The notes beneath the pieces were generated by a model, which was not told where the DNA came from, did not search any database, and saw only the letters and a list, made by a program, of their open reading frames with translations. This document shows positions 1 to 8,442 of a DNA stretch of 64,000 bases, one piece after another (position 1 is the stretch's first letter; every line of letters starts with the position of its first letter). The position numbers were made by a program, and so were the translations under genes. The DNA is from an uncultured Nitrososphaerota archaeon. Lineage in GTDB: Archaea; Thermoproteota; EX4484-205; JAAOZP01. The DNA is taken from the NCBI GenBank assembly GCA_964416155.1, contig CAYQCW010000001.1:170943-234942 (forward strand). The letters run 5' to 3'.

Positions 1-281
1 AGCCCAGAGTACTTGAGCCTAATGCCGTTCACATCGGTTTCAAAACGTCCCATACGCATTTAAAAACTATTCTGACACCCTGCTGAAGCCAAGATGCTCA
101 TCGTCTCCATGGGCTTATCTCGCCGGATTCAGCGCTTTATAAAACATCCCTCGGCCTACTAGTAAGTATTTCTTTCATGCTCATCCTCGTTTTCTGCTAT
201 AGATTCCAATAGGTCAAAGCACATGTTAAAAACGCGAGCATTCCTGCATTCTTGATTCTGAAAACTCGACGCACGCATCAT

Positions 282-1085
282 TCAATAGCAGAAAACCAGC
301 TCCAAACCGATTTTCTTAGAAGCTTCAAAGACTTTCTTCTTAACTTCATCATAATAAGAGGATTCTGAAAAGAATATTTTTCTCCATTCATCGTATAGCT
401 CCGGATATTTTTCCAAAACAACTTTTGAAACCATGCTCCAAACCATTGGCCTCAGGTTGAGCCTGTCAACATAAACATAGTCCGCCCCCGCCTTTCTAAA
501 CCTTGTCAAAAAACCCTCTAAATCGGTTTCTGAAAGAAAAGGAAGTATTGGTCCGAAGAAAACAAACGTTCTCAAACCGCTCTCTTTGGAAAGTCTTATT
601 GCTTCAAGCCTGTCCTCAGGACGTGAAGAAGCCGGCTCGAAAACCCTTCTGACCTCCTCGTCCAACGTGACCACCGTAACCCCAACCTCATTAAGCTTGT
701 TCCTCTTCAAAACATCCAGGTCTCTCACGACAAGGTTCGACTTGGTTTGAACAATCACGGGAAACCTTTTTTGAACAAGCGTCTCAAGAATTTTCCGTGT
801 CAACTCGTATTTCTTCTCAACCGGTTGATAAGGATCGGTGAGTGAACTCAAATATACTTTTCCAGTCTTCTTCCTCTCAACCTGCCTTGAAAGGACTTTC
901 AAGGCATTAGTCTTAACGTCGAGAAACTCACCCCACTCTTCCCTACTTCTCCTAAACCTAAAGGTTATTCCTGCAGCATAGCAGTATCTACATCCATGCT
1001 GACAGCCTACGTACGGGTTTACACAGTAGTCTGCAATCGCACTCCTATTCAGCAGTGTCTTACACTCAACCTCCCTGATTTTCAC
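282..1085 (-). CDS. Radical SAM protein, SPL-lyase / DNA-repair-photolyase-like family
   Basis: Carries the N-terminal motif NPYVGCQHGCRYCYA (C-x3-C-x2-C radical SAM cluster), typical of the COG1533-type family. Complete 267-aa ORF. Confidence 0.65.
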   Translation of the reverse strand: MKIREVECKTLLNRSAIADYCVNPYVGCQHGCRYCYAAGITFRFRRSREEWGEFLDVKTNALKVLSRQVERKKTGKVYLSSLTDPYQPVEKKYELTRKILETLVQKRFPVIVQTKSNLVVRDLDVLKRNKLNEVGVTVVTLDEEVRRVFEPASSRPEDRLEAIRLSKESGLRTFVFFGPILPFLSETDLEGFLTRFRKAGADYVYVDRLNLRPMVWSMVSKVVLEKYPELYDEWRKIFFSESSYYDEVKKKVFEASKKIGLELVFCY

Positions 1086-1144
1086 AGGACAATTCGAAAG
1101 GCCGTCTAAATCCTAATAAGCTTTTTATAAAAAATTTCATGGCT

Positions 1145-2212
1145 TTAATAGACAGGTCTGTTTCCAAGGAAATCAGGGTCGAGAACCCTACCTGCTAGCA
1201 GGCTTAACCCCAGAACCCTCGTCAAAGCGAATGAAACAGGGATTCGCCTCATGATGTTGAAAAGCATCCTCATCTTGAGCCCTTTTCTCAACGCCCCGCC
1301 AATGGTTTTTCTCCAGACAGAATCATATGTTTCAGTCAAGAAGCCTTCGTCGAAAAGGTTTCTTTCAAGGGCGGCTACGCAAGCATCCCCAGCGATTCTG
1401 CTGCATATCCTGCTGTAGACAAGACCGCCTAACGAAAAGGGCTTGACTTGACACGCAGCGTCCCCGACTAGAATAACCCCGCGGGCGGAGGTCCTGCTCA
1501 TTATTCCGAATCTTATAGAGTCTCCCATAAACCCGTAGCAACTAGACTCCATGTTCAGCCTCTTTAAGAGCAGCCTGAGCCTCGGCCAAGGATTACCACT
1601 GGTTAAAAGCCCCACTCTAGCCTTGCTCCTGCTTAAAGGTACAATCCAGGCGAAAACATCCTTAGAAAACTCTGATTCAAACCTCAGCTCAACAACATTC
1701 TGTTCAAAAACGCCGTTGGCCACGCATTGAAGCGCGAAGAGAAGGTTATCAGGATGCTTCAAACCAGCCAGTCTTGCGACGATAGAGTTAGGCCCGTCGG
1801 CTCCGACGAGGATTCTTCCAGAGTAGCGACCCCCCTTACTCGTGACCACGCATCCTTCCTTCAGCCCCACAACCCTCTCTCCCAGCCTAATCTCAACCCC
1901 CTCCCCTAAAGCGTTTTCAGCAAGATGCTTATCGTAGCCAGCCCTATCTATCACAAGCATGTCTTTTTTAGAGTATATTTCAAAACTCTCCTTCCCGAGG
2001 CGGAACCTAGCGGTGTCAACACCGTTTAAAATAAGGTGTGGAGGAAGCCTGCCTATCCTACAGCTGACTAGCCCTGTGCACTGCTCAGGCCTACCTATCT
2101 CACTATGCTCCTCAAGAATTATGGTTTTAAAACCCTTCTTACAGACTAATGAGCCTGTTGAAAGACCAGAGGGCCCGCCTCCAACTATCAAAGCATCGCA
2201 GCGAAGCCTCAT
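1145..2212 (-). CDS. Geranylgeranyl reductase family FAD-dependent oxidoreductase
   Basis: The N-terminal Rossmann motif DALIVGGGPSGLS and an overall length of 355 aa are typical of archaeal digeranylgeranylglycerophospholipid reductases. Confidence 0.75.
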   Translation of the reverse strand: MRLRCDALIVGGGPSGLSTGSLVCKKGFKTIILEEHSEIGRPEQCTGLVSCRIGRLPPHLILNGVDTARFRLGKESFEIYSKKDMLVIDRAGYDKHLAENALGEGVEIRLGERVVGLKEGCVVTSKGGRYSGRILVGADGPNSIVARLAGLKHPDNLLFALQCVANGVFEQNVVELRFESEFSKDVFAWIVPLSRSKARVGLLTSGNPWPRLRLLLKRLNMESSCYGFMGDSIRFGIMSRTSARGVILVGDAACQVKPFSLGGLVYSRICSRIAGDACVAALERNLFDEGFLTETYDSVWRKTIGGALRKGLKMRMLFNIMRRIPVSFALTRVLGLSLLAGRVLDPDFLGNRPVY

Positions 2213-2221
2213 TAACCCTTC

Positions 2222-2431
2222 TCATTCCTCTGTAACCAGCCCTTTATCCTTAAGTCTTTTCAAAACCGCGTCGAGCTCCCACAGGTGGCAGGGGATGGAC
2301 CTCCAGATTTTAGACAAGGGCATACGCTTCCCGCTTTTCAACGTCTCGTATACCTTTTTCTCAAGCTCTTCAAGATCAGCCTTCTCAAGCAAGTATTCAT
2401 GTGGTCCAAGGACAACCCATTCTTCAACCAT
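2222..2431 (-). CDS. Small hypothetical protein, possible winged-helix
   Basis: This 69-aa ORF sits 10 bp downstream of the reductase gene on the same strand and has a basic C-terminal helix region. No family recognised. Confidence 0.3.
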   Translation of the reverse strand: MVEEWVVLGPHEYLLEKADLEELEKKVYETLKSGKRMPLSKIWRSIPCHLWELDAVLKRLKDKGLVTEE

Positions 2432-2530
2432 CCTGAGATTTCAGCTGGGAGGCAGTATATTGGTTTTATGCTCGAGTAATCATAGCCGTATAGAATAGCT
2501 TAAATACAGGAGCCGCTTACGAGACCCGAA

Positions 2531-3715
2531 ATGTCGGGAAAAGTTGTTTCCACATACTCAGGCGGCTTGGACTCCACACTAATAACGATACTGTTGAAAG
2601 AGAAGTATGGCTATGATGAAGTGATTCCTGTTCTTGTCGACGTTGGCCAAGGGGAAGAGGAGATCAGGATCGCGTATGAAAGAGCTGAGAAGCTGGGTTT
2701 AAATATACGTTTCATAGATGCTAGGCACGAGTTCGCCACCGAATACATATTCAGATGCATCAAGGCTAATGGGAGCTATGGGGGTTATCCGGTTGGAACC
2801 TCTATGACTAGGGTTCTGATAGCTTCGAAGGCTGCTGAAATAGCTAAGAAAGAGGGGGCTGAGGGTGTTGCACATGGTTGCACAGGAAAGGGTAATGACC
2901 AGTTCAGGATGGAGGTCGCGGTTAAATACGTGGATCCAAACCTGAAGGTGATAGCACCAGTTAGAGAGCTGAACCTCTCAAGGTTCGAGGAGGAGGAACT
3001 CCTTAGGAAACACGGTATTGAGCCTAAGAAGCCTAAGGGAAAGCTTGGCGGAGACGTAAACATGTGGTCGCACTCTATTGGGAGTGGTCAGGTTGAAGAC
3101 CTTTACACGCAGTACCCTGAGGACTATATTTGGGCCGTTCACCCTGAGAAGGCACCAGACACACCGCAGAAGATTCAAATAACTTATGAGAAAGGCGTCC
3201 CTGTCGAAGTAGACGGGGTAAGAGACCCGGTTGAAATAATATTCTATCTGAACCGGGTTGGCGGGCAGCACGGCGTCGGGAGAATAGATATAATCGAAGA
3301 TGGGATGCTGTCTTTAAAATCAAGAGAGCTTTACGAGGCCCCGGCTGCAACAATACTCTTAAACACCCATGCAAACCTTGAACAGTTAACCCTTACGAAG
3401 GAGCAATTGAAAGTTAAGAGGGAGATAGACAAAATTTGGGCTGAAATAGTTTACCACGGAATGTGGTTCCACCCGTTGAGGAGGGATCTAGATGCCTTCA
3501 TAGATTCTACGCAAAAATATGTTTCCGGGAGGCTTGATGTAAAGCTTTACAAGGGGAACGTGGAGGTTGTTGGAAGAGAGTCTAAACACAGTCTCTTCTC
3601 ACCAGAGTTAAGATCTATTAAGAAGGCCGGCTTCGACCAGAGAGATGCTACGGGAGCGGTTAAGCTCTACGCTTTACCATATCAGCTTTATGGTAAGAGG
3701 GAGCAGGAGAAGTAG
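2531..3715 (+). CDS. argG: Argininosuccinate synthase
   Basis: The N-terminal PP-loop KVVSTYSGGLDST and the signature GCTGKGNDQFRME match argininosuccinate synthase, and the 394-aa length is typical. A T-tract follows the stop codon. Confidence 0.85.
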   Translation: MSGKVVSTYSGGLDSTLITILLKEKYGYDEVIPVLVDVGQGEEEIRIAYERAEKLGLNIRFIDARHEFATEYIFRCIKANGSYGGYPVGTSMTRVLIASKAAEIAKKEGAEGVAHGCTGKGNDQFRMEVAVKYVDPNLKVIAPVRELNLSRFEEEELLRKHGIEPKKPKGKLGGDVNMWSHSIGSGQVEDLYTQYPEDYIWAVHPEKAPDTPQKIQITYEKGVPVEVDGVRDPVEIIFYLNRVGGQHGVGRIDIIEDGMLSLKSRELYEAPAATILLNTHANLEQLTLTKEQLKVKREIDKIWAEIVYHGMWFHPLRRDLDAFIDSTQKYVSGRLDVKLYKGNVEVVGRESKHSLFSPELRSIKKAGFDQRDATGAVKLYALPYQLYGKREQEK

Positions 3716-3725
3716 GCCGTCTAAA

Positions 3726-3741
3726 CGCTTTTTTCAGTAAT
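3726..3741 (+). terminator. Oligo-T tract downstream of argG (archaeal-type terminator candidate)
   Basis: The sequence cgcttttttcag lies immediately after the argG stop codon. Confidence 0.25.
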
Positions 3742-3810
3742 AGAGGGCTGACTTATAAGGATTTATCCCAGGAAATTTTTTTAGGAAGCGTTTGAATGAC
3801 TTAAGCCAGA

Positions 3811-5010
3811 ATGACTCAGGAAACGGTGGTGATCTACTCTAAACACCGGCTTGCAGTATTCATAATGATTAGCTTTATAGCTGTTGGACTGATAGTGTCG
3901 TTACTCCTCCTTTATTCAGAGTTAACCCAGCTTAACGATAAGGTTGAAAGCCTAGAGTTCGCGGTGAAACGGTTAAGCGAGGATGTTAGCAGAATTAAGG
4001 ATGCTCAGCTAAGCCAAAGCATAGTCTACTTTAACGTAAGCTTCACCGAACTCTATGAGAAAACCATCAGAGGCGTAGTAATGGTGACGGGCTTAGCCCA
4101 GTCTTTTTCAAGCGAGGATGTTGGCCTCGGCTCAGGCTTCGTAGTGAAACATGGTGCATCATACTACATTTTAACGAACTACCACGTGGTGAGGGGCGCG
4201 AGCAATCTTACAGTAACGTTCTACAACAGGGAAAGCTATCCAGCTCAAGTAGTGGGCACCGACCCCTATAGCGACCTAGCCGTGTTGAATTGCACTGCCC
4301 CTTTTGAGCTCTACCATCCTCTAAACATTACTTTCAGCAGCAGCCTGAGAGTCGGGGACCTGGTGATAGCAATAGGGAACCCGTTTGGACTAACAGGCAC
4401 CATGACGACAGGCGTTGTCAGCCAGCTTGGCAGAACAATAACAAGCGAGTTCACAGGGGGCTATGCTATAGCGAACATTATTCAGACAAGCGCGCCGATA
4501 AACCCGGGTAACTCTGGGGGACCGTTGCTTAACGCTAAGGGCGAGGTGGTCGGGATGAACACCGCTATAATAAGAGACAGTCAGGGCGTGGGCTTCGCAA
4601 TCCCGTCTAACACGATTTTGAGAGAACTGCCATACTTGGTGACGACAGGTGGCTACGATATGCATCCGTGGCTTGGCTTAAGAGGGATTAATGTGAACTA
4701 CTATATTGCTAGGGCAGTAGGGTTGAACGTTACATACGGCTGGCTTATTCAAGAAGTTGTTCCCGAAGGCCCATCGTATAAGGCTGGTCTGAAGGGAGGA
4801 ACCAAGACCATGACTGTTCTAGGAACCGAGATAAAAGTTGGCGGGGACCTGATAATTTCTATAGATGAGCATCCAGTTAAGAATAGTGATGACATCGCCA
4901 AGATACTGCAGGAATACACTTACCCGGGCAAGACGGTTAACCTGACGATTATCAGGGAGGGCTGGAAGCTGGTTGTACCGGTGACTCTTGGAAAAAGACC
5001 CCCGCCTTAG
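3811..5010 (+). CDS. HtrA/DegP-family trypsin-like serine protease with N-terminal membrane anchor and C-terminal PDZ
   Basis: It has the His-region GSGFVV..YILTNYHVV and the Ser motif NPGNSGGPLLN. There is a hydrophobic N-terminal segment, and the C-terminal region resembles a PDZ domain. Confidence 0.8.
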   Translation: MTQETVVIYSKHRLAVFIMISFIAVGLIVSLLLLYSELTQLNDKVESLEFAVKRLSEDVSRIKDAQLSQSIVYFNVSFTELYEKTIRGVVMVTGLAQSFSSEDVGLGSGFVVKHGASYYILTNYHVVRGASNLTVTFYNRESYPAQVVGTDPYSDLAVLNCTAPFELYHPLNITFSSSLRVGDLVIAIGNPFGLTGTMTTGVVSQLGRTITSEFTGGYAIANIIQTSAPINPGNSGGPLLNAKGEVVGMNTAIIRDSQGVGFAIPSNTILRELPYLVTTGGYDMHPWLGLRGINVNYYIARAVGLNVTYGWLIQEVVPEGPSYKAGLKGGTKTMTVLGTEIKVGGDLIISIDEHPVKNSDDIAKILQEYTYPGKTVNLTIIREGWKLVVPVTLGKRPPP

Positions 5011-5015
5011 AACAG

Positions 5016-6164
5016 CTACTCTATAGTCTTGCTCCACATTTCCTTAGCAAGCCTACCCTCATACTTCATCAGGCTAAGCTTCTCCCTCGCGTCTTCACGC
5101 CTAGCACCATGCTTCTCAAGAAAACCCCCAACCTTCTCCATCAGTATCTCCTTTATCTCTCCGCTCAGCATCCTGCCTGAGGAGTACTCTTCCCTGATAC
5201 TTCTAAGCTTCTCATCGTCCTCCTCGAAGAAGAATTGAAGCCACTGGTATGGCACATCCACATCCGGGTTTCCGCCAAGCCTCCTGTGCTCCTCAACCGT
5301 TGACTGTCCTCCTGAAAACGCTTGAAATATCTTCCTCCGGATGCTCTTCTCATCCTCGTTAAGATAGATGGCGCTCTCCGGCTGAGAGGCACTCATCTTG
5401 CCCGAGGGGCCGGTGAGAGGAGGGAGAAACTTGCAGTGGATAGCTGCAGTCTTATAGTAGCCGAAGCTCTCGGCAATATCCCTCTGAATCCTCCAATACG
5501 GGTCCTGGTCTATCGCAGCAGGTATTAAACACCGTCTCTTCTCGAAGAAAGTCACGCATATTTGGAAAGCAGGGTAGAAGATCATCCCTATGTTCGTACT
5601 CGCGTCGAAACCGAACACGGCTCTAACCCAGCTGAAATTAACCTTCTTAGCGATCTTCAAAACCATAGGATACATGTTTCGCACATACTCCATGTCCTGG
5701 AATATGAAAGTCCTGTCAGGGTCGAACCCTACTGCAGCAATATCAAGCGCGTTCTCGTAGGACCATCTCCTAACGTCCTCAATAGTCAGATTCCTGCTTT
5801 CCTCTAGGAATTTCTCGTCGTCAGTCAACTCGATGTAAACGTTGCACCTAAACCTGTCTTGAAGCCATTTAGTGAAGTAGAAGGGAATTATGTGGCCCAG
5901 CGTCATGGGCCCGCTTGGACCCCTGCCGGTGTAGAGGAAGAAGCCTTTCCCCGTCTCATAGTCGTCTAAAACCCTGTCAAGATCCCTGTGGGAGAAGAAG
6001 ACACCCCGTCTCAGGAGAAGATGGTCTTCCCCGGCGAGCCTAACAAGCCTTTCTTTAAGCTGAGGAGTAAGAGTTTCGGTCCCAAAATCTCTCACGAGCT
6101 TCTCGTAGTCCACCACGCCTTCCACTGTCCATGGAGTAACCTTGAACTCGGCCTGCTGCCCCAT
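5016..6164 (-). CDS. trpS: Tryptophanyl-tRNA synthetase (archaeal/eukaryotic type)
   Basis: The class I motif TGRGPSGPMTLGHIIPFYFTKWLQ corresponds to HIGH (here TLGH) and closely resembles eukaryotic WARS. KMSAS corresponds to KMSKS. Length is 382 aa. Confidence 0.85.
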   Translation of the reverse strand: MGQQAEFKVTPWTVEGVVDYEKLVRDFGTETLTPQLKERLVRLAGEDHLLLRRGVFFSHRDLDRVLDDYETGKGFFLYTGRGPSGPMTLGHIIPFYFTKWLQDRFRCNVYIELTDDEKFLEESRNLTIEDVRRWSYENALDIAAVGFDPDRTFIFQDMEYVRNMYPMVLKIAKKVNFSWVRAVFGFDASTNIGMIFYPAFQICVTFFEKRRCLIPAAIDQDPYWRIQRDIAESFGYYKTAAIHCKFLPPLTGPSGKMSASQPESAIYLNEDEKSIRRKIFQAFSGGQSTVEEHRRLGGNPDVDVPYQWLQFFFEEDDEKLRSIREEYSSGRMLSGEIKEILMEKVGGFLEKHGARREDAREKLSLMKYEGRLAKEMWSKTIE

Positions 6165-6247
6165 TTCGCCGGAGAAACCCCTATGGGACTTTTTAAAGCT
6201 TGTAATAAAGGGCTTAAGTAACGTTTTTAACGTTGAGCCGAAACTAA

Positions 6248-6655
6248 TTGACCATGAAGTATAGGCTCATGGACCTGCTTGCCTGCCCAATAGACAAGGA
6301 TTTCCCCTTGAAACTAATAGTTTTCCAAGAAGAAGAAAGAAGTATTGAGTTTAAGCACGACAGCGTGATATGCGAGCTCTACTGCGGCTTAAACACAGCC
6401 CGCGTCAAAGACGCCGGCCTAAGCGCGGGGATATGTAACAAATGCATGAAAAGAGAGATACTAAACGGTTTACTAATATGCTCTAAGTGTAACAGATGGT
6501 ATCCGATCATTGACGAGATCCCCCAACTTCTTCCCGATGAATTAAGAGACTTGAAGGAAGACCTTTCCTTCCTAAGGAAATATGCTGAGAAGATTCCTAA
6601 AAACATACTTGAAGAAGGAAAGCCTTTCAACCTTGCAACATTACGCGAAAGTTAA
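6248..6655 (+). CDS. Trm112-like / zinc-ribbon protein
   Basis: The N-terminus MKYRLMDLLACPIDK is Trm112-like. The C-terminal half carries C-x2-C pairs (CNKC, CSKC) consistent with a zinc ribbon. Confidence 0.4.
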   Translation: MTMKYRLMDLLACPIDKDFPLKLIVFQEEERSIEFKHDSVICELYCGLNTARVKDAGLSAGICNKCMKREILNGLLICSKCNRWYPIIDEIPQLLPDELRDLKEDLSFLRKYAEKIPKNILEEGKPFNLATLRES

Positions 6656-6795
6656 CCTTTTCACGCCGGTTCAGAATGTGCCAAATTAGCACGCTAATTG
6701 GTGAACCATATGGCTTTAACAAGAATTTCTACGGCCTCCTTCGTTAGGAGCTTCCGGTTTAACAAGGCAAGCCTAGTGTACAATGCGCACGCTGG

Positions 6796-7569
6796 CTAAA
6801 CATTCCTGATCTCACAGACTTCGAAGAAACATTTCATCTCATCATGTATTTTTTCAAGCTCATCCGCTGGATAAACTTGCTTTTCCAGAAAAATCTTATC
6901 AAGGGTTTTAGTCGGCTTAAACTGCTGAATGAAAAATCTTCTCGCACCCTTAAGCCACCTAGCTATGGCTAAAATATCCTCTCTCGTAAGAAGCTCGGGG
7001 ACGACTGTTGTCCTAAACTCGTGCTCCGGGAAAGCCTTAATTATCTCAACGCTTTCAGCAATCCTACTACCGTCAACCGTAACCCTAACTACGCTCTCGT
7101 ATTTTTCCAACGGTGCTTTAACATCCATAGCAATATAGTCGACAAGCCTTCCCCCTATGAGCCTCCTAAGCGTTTCAGGGCTTGTTCCATTCGTATCCAG
7201 CTTAACAGAATATCCTAGATCCTTAACCCTCTTAATGAAGTTTGGAAGATCGTTGTGAAGCGTTGGCTCCCCGCCGGTTATGCATACCCCGTCCAGGAAA
7301 CGTTTCCTCACCTCCAAGAAACGAAGCACGTCGCTCTCAGGGATCAACGGTGCTCCATCATCTATAACCAGCTCGGGGTTATGGCAATACGGACAGCGAA
7401 AGTTGCAGCCGAACGTGAATAATGTGCATGCAACCCTACCCGGATAGTCTATCAGGCTTAGTTTCTGTATTCCTTTTATTATCAAGCTCCGACTACCCGA
7501 GTTTTCAAAAACGGGGGATTTAAGGTTTATTTTAAAAATAGGAAAACTATCTGTTCCCACATGTTTCAA
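6796..7569 (-). CDS. Radical SAM activating enzyme (PflA/NrdG glycyl-radical-activase-like family)
   Basis: The motif FGCNFRCPYCHN (C-x3-C-x2-C, the GC..RC.YC.N pattern) is present and the protein is 257 aa. It lies 3 bp downstream of purQ on the same strand. Confidence 0.6.
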   Translation of the reverse strand: MKHVGTDSFPIFKINLKSPVFENSGSRSLIIKGIQKLSLIDYPGRVACTLFTFGCNFRCPYCHNPELVIDDGAPLIPESDVLRFLEVRKRFLDGVCITGGEPTLHNDLPNFIKRVKDLGYSVKLDTNGTSPETLRRLIGGRLVDYIAMDVKAPLEKYESVVRVTVDGSRIAESVEIIKAFPEHEFRTTVVPELLTREDILAIARWLKGARRFFIQQFKPTKTLDKIFLEKQVYPADELEKIHDEMKCFFEVCEIRNV

Positions 7570-7571
7570 AA

Positions 7572-8441
7572 TTATTTTTCAGAACTATTATTAAGCGTCT
7601 TATTCTCACGGTATAGCGTGGACTTGCACGGATTACCTGTTGAATAATGCTGTTTATCTCTTAAGTATTTAACAATGCTCTCGAAAATCTTCCTCCCATC
7701 TGCTCTTTCAGGAGGGGCCTTACCCCACTCCGGTAGCTGCCATCCGAAGAAAGCCCTTTCAGGATGCGGCATCATCCCCATGACATTCCCCTTCCTGCTG
7801 CAAATCCCGGCGATATCGTATGTTGAGCCATTAGGATTAAACGGGTATAGACCGTTAGCATCATCCCCGTTTGGAAGAACATATCTGAAGACAATCTGTC
7901 TATTCTTCTTAAGCTCTTCCAAATCCTCTTCTGACCGTGTGAGGAACCTTCCTTCAGCATGCCCCACCGGTATTCTGAGAACCTCCCCCTTTTTCATCAT
8001 CACAGTGAAAGGAGTCTCATTGTTTTCAACCCTTAGCCAGACCCATCTGCACTCATACCTGGCTGAAGAATTGTCCGCAAGCGCTGCCGACGGGGTTTCG
8101 CTGACACCGTCTCCGGGCAGTATCCCGGCTTCAACGAGAACCTGGAAGCCGTTGCAGACGCCGAGCACAAGCCTACCCTCATTTATAAATTTCTCAAGCT
8201 CCATCCTGAGCTTTGTCAGAACCCTTTTACCCCATACTGCTCCAGCCCTCACGTAGTCCCCGTATGAGAATCCCCCGGGGAAAACGACTAGATGATAGTC
8301 GAAAAGGCTTTTCTTCTCGAGTTGATTCATATGGATTATTTCAGCATTAACACCCACCTTCTCGAGAGCAATGCTTGTTTCAAGATCGCAATTCGTGCCG
8401 CCGGTCCTGAGGACGCAAGCCTTAAACCCGTCAAGGCTCAT
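7572..8441 (-). CDS. purQ: Phosphoribosylformylglycinamidine synthase subunit PurQ (glutaminase)
   Basis: It has a class I glutamine amidotransferase fold with the catalytic GVCNGFQ. It is adjacent to purL, with 1 bp of spacing. Confidence 0.8.
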   Translation of the reverse strand: MSLDGFKACVLRTGGTNCDLETSIALEKVGVNAEIIHMNQLEKKSLFDYHLVVFPGGFSYGDYVRAGAVWGKRVLTKLRMELEKFINEGRLVLGVCNGFQVLVEAGILPGDGVSETPSAALADNSSARYECRWVWLRVENNETPFTVMMKKGEVLRIPVGHAEGRFLTRSEEDLEELKKNRQIVFRYVLPNGDDANGLYPFNPNGSTYDIAGICSRKGNVMGMMPHPERAFFGWQLPEWGKAPPERADGRKIFESIVKYLRDKQHYSTGNPCKSTLYRENKTLNNSSEK

Positions 8442-8442
8442 T

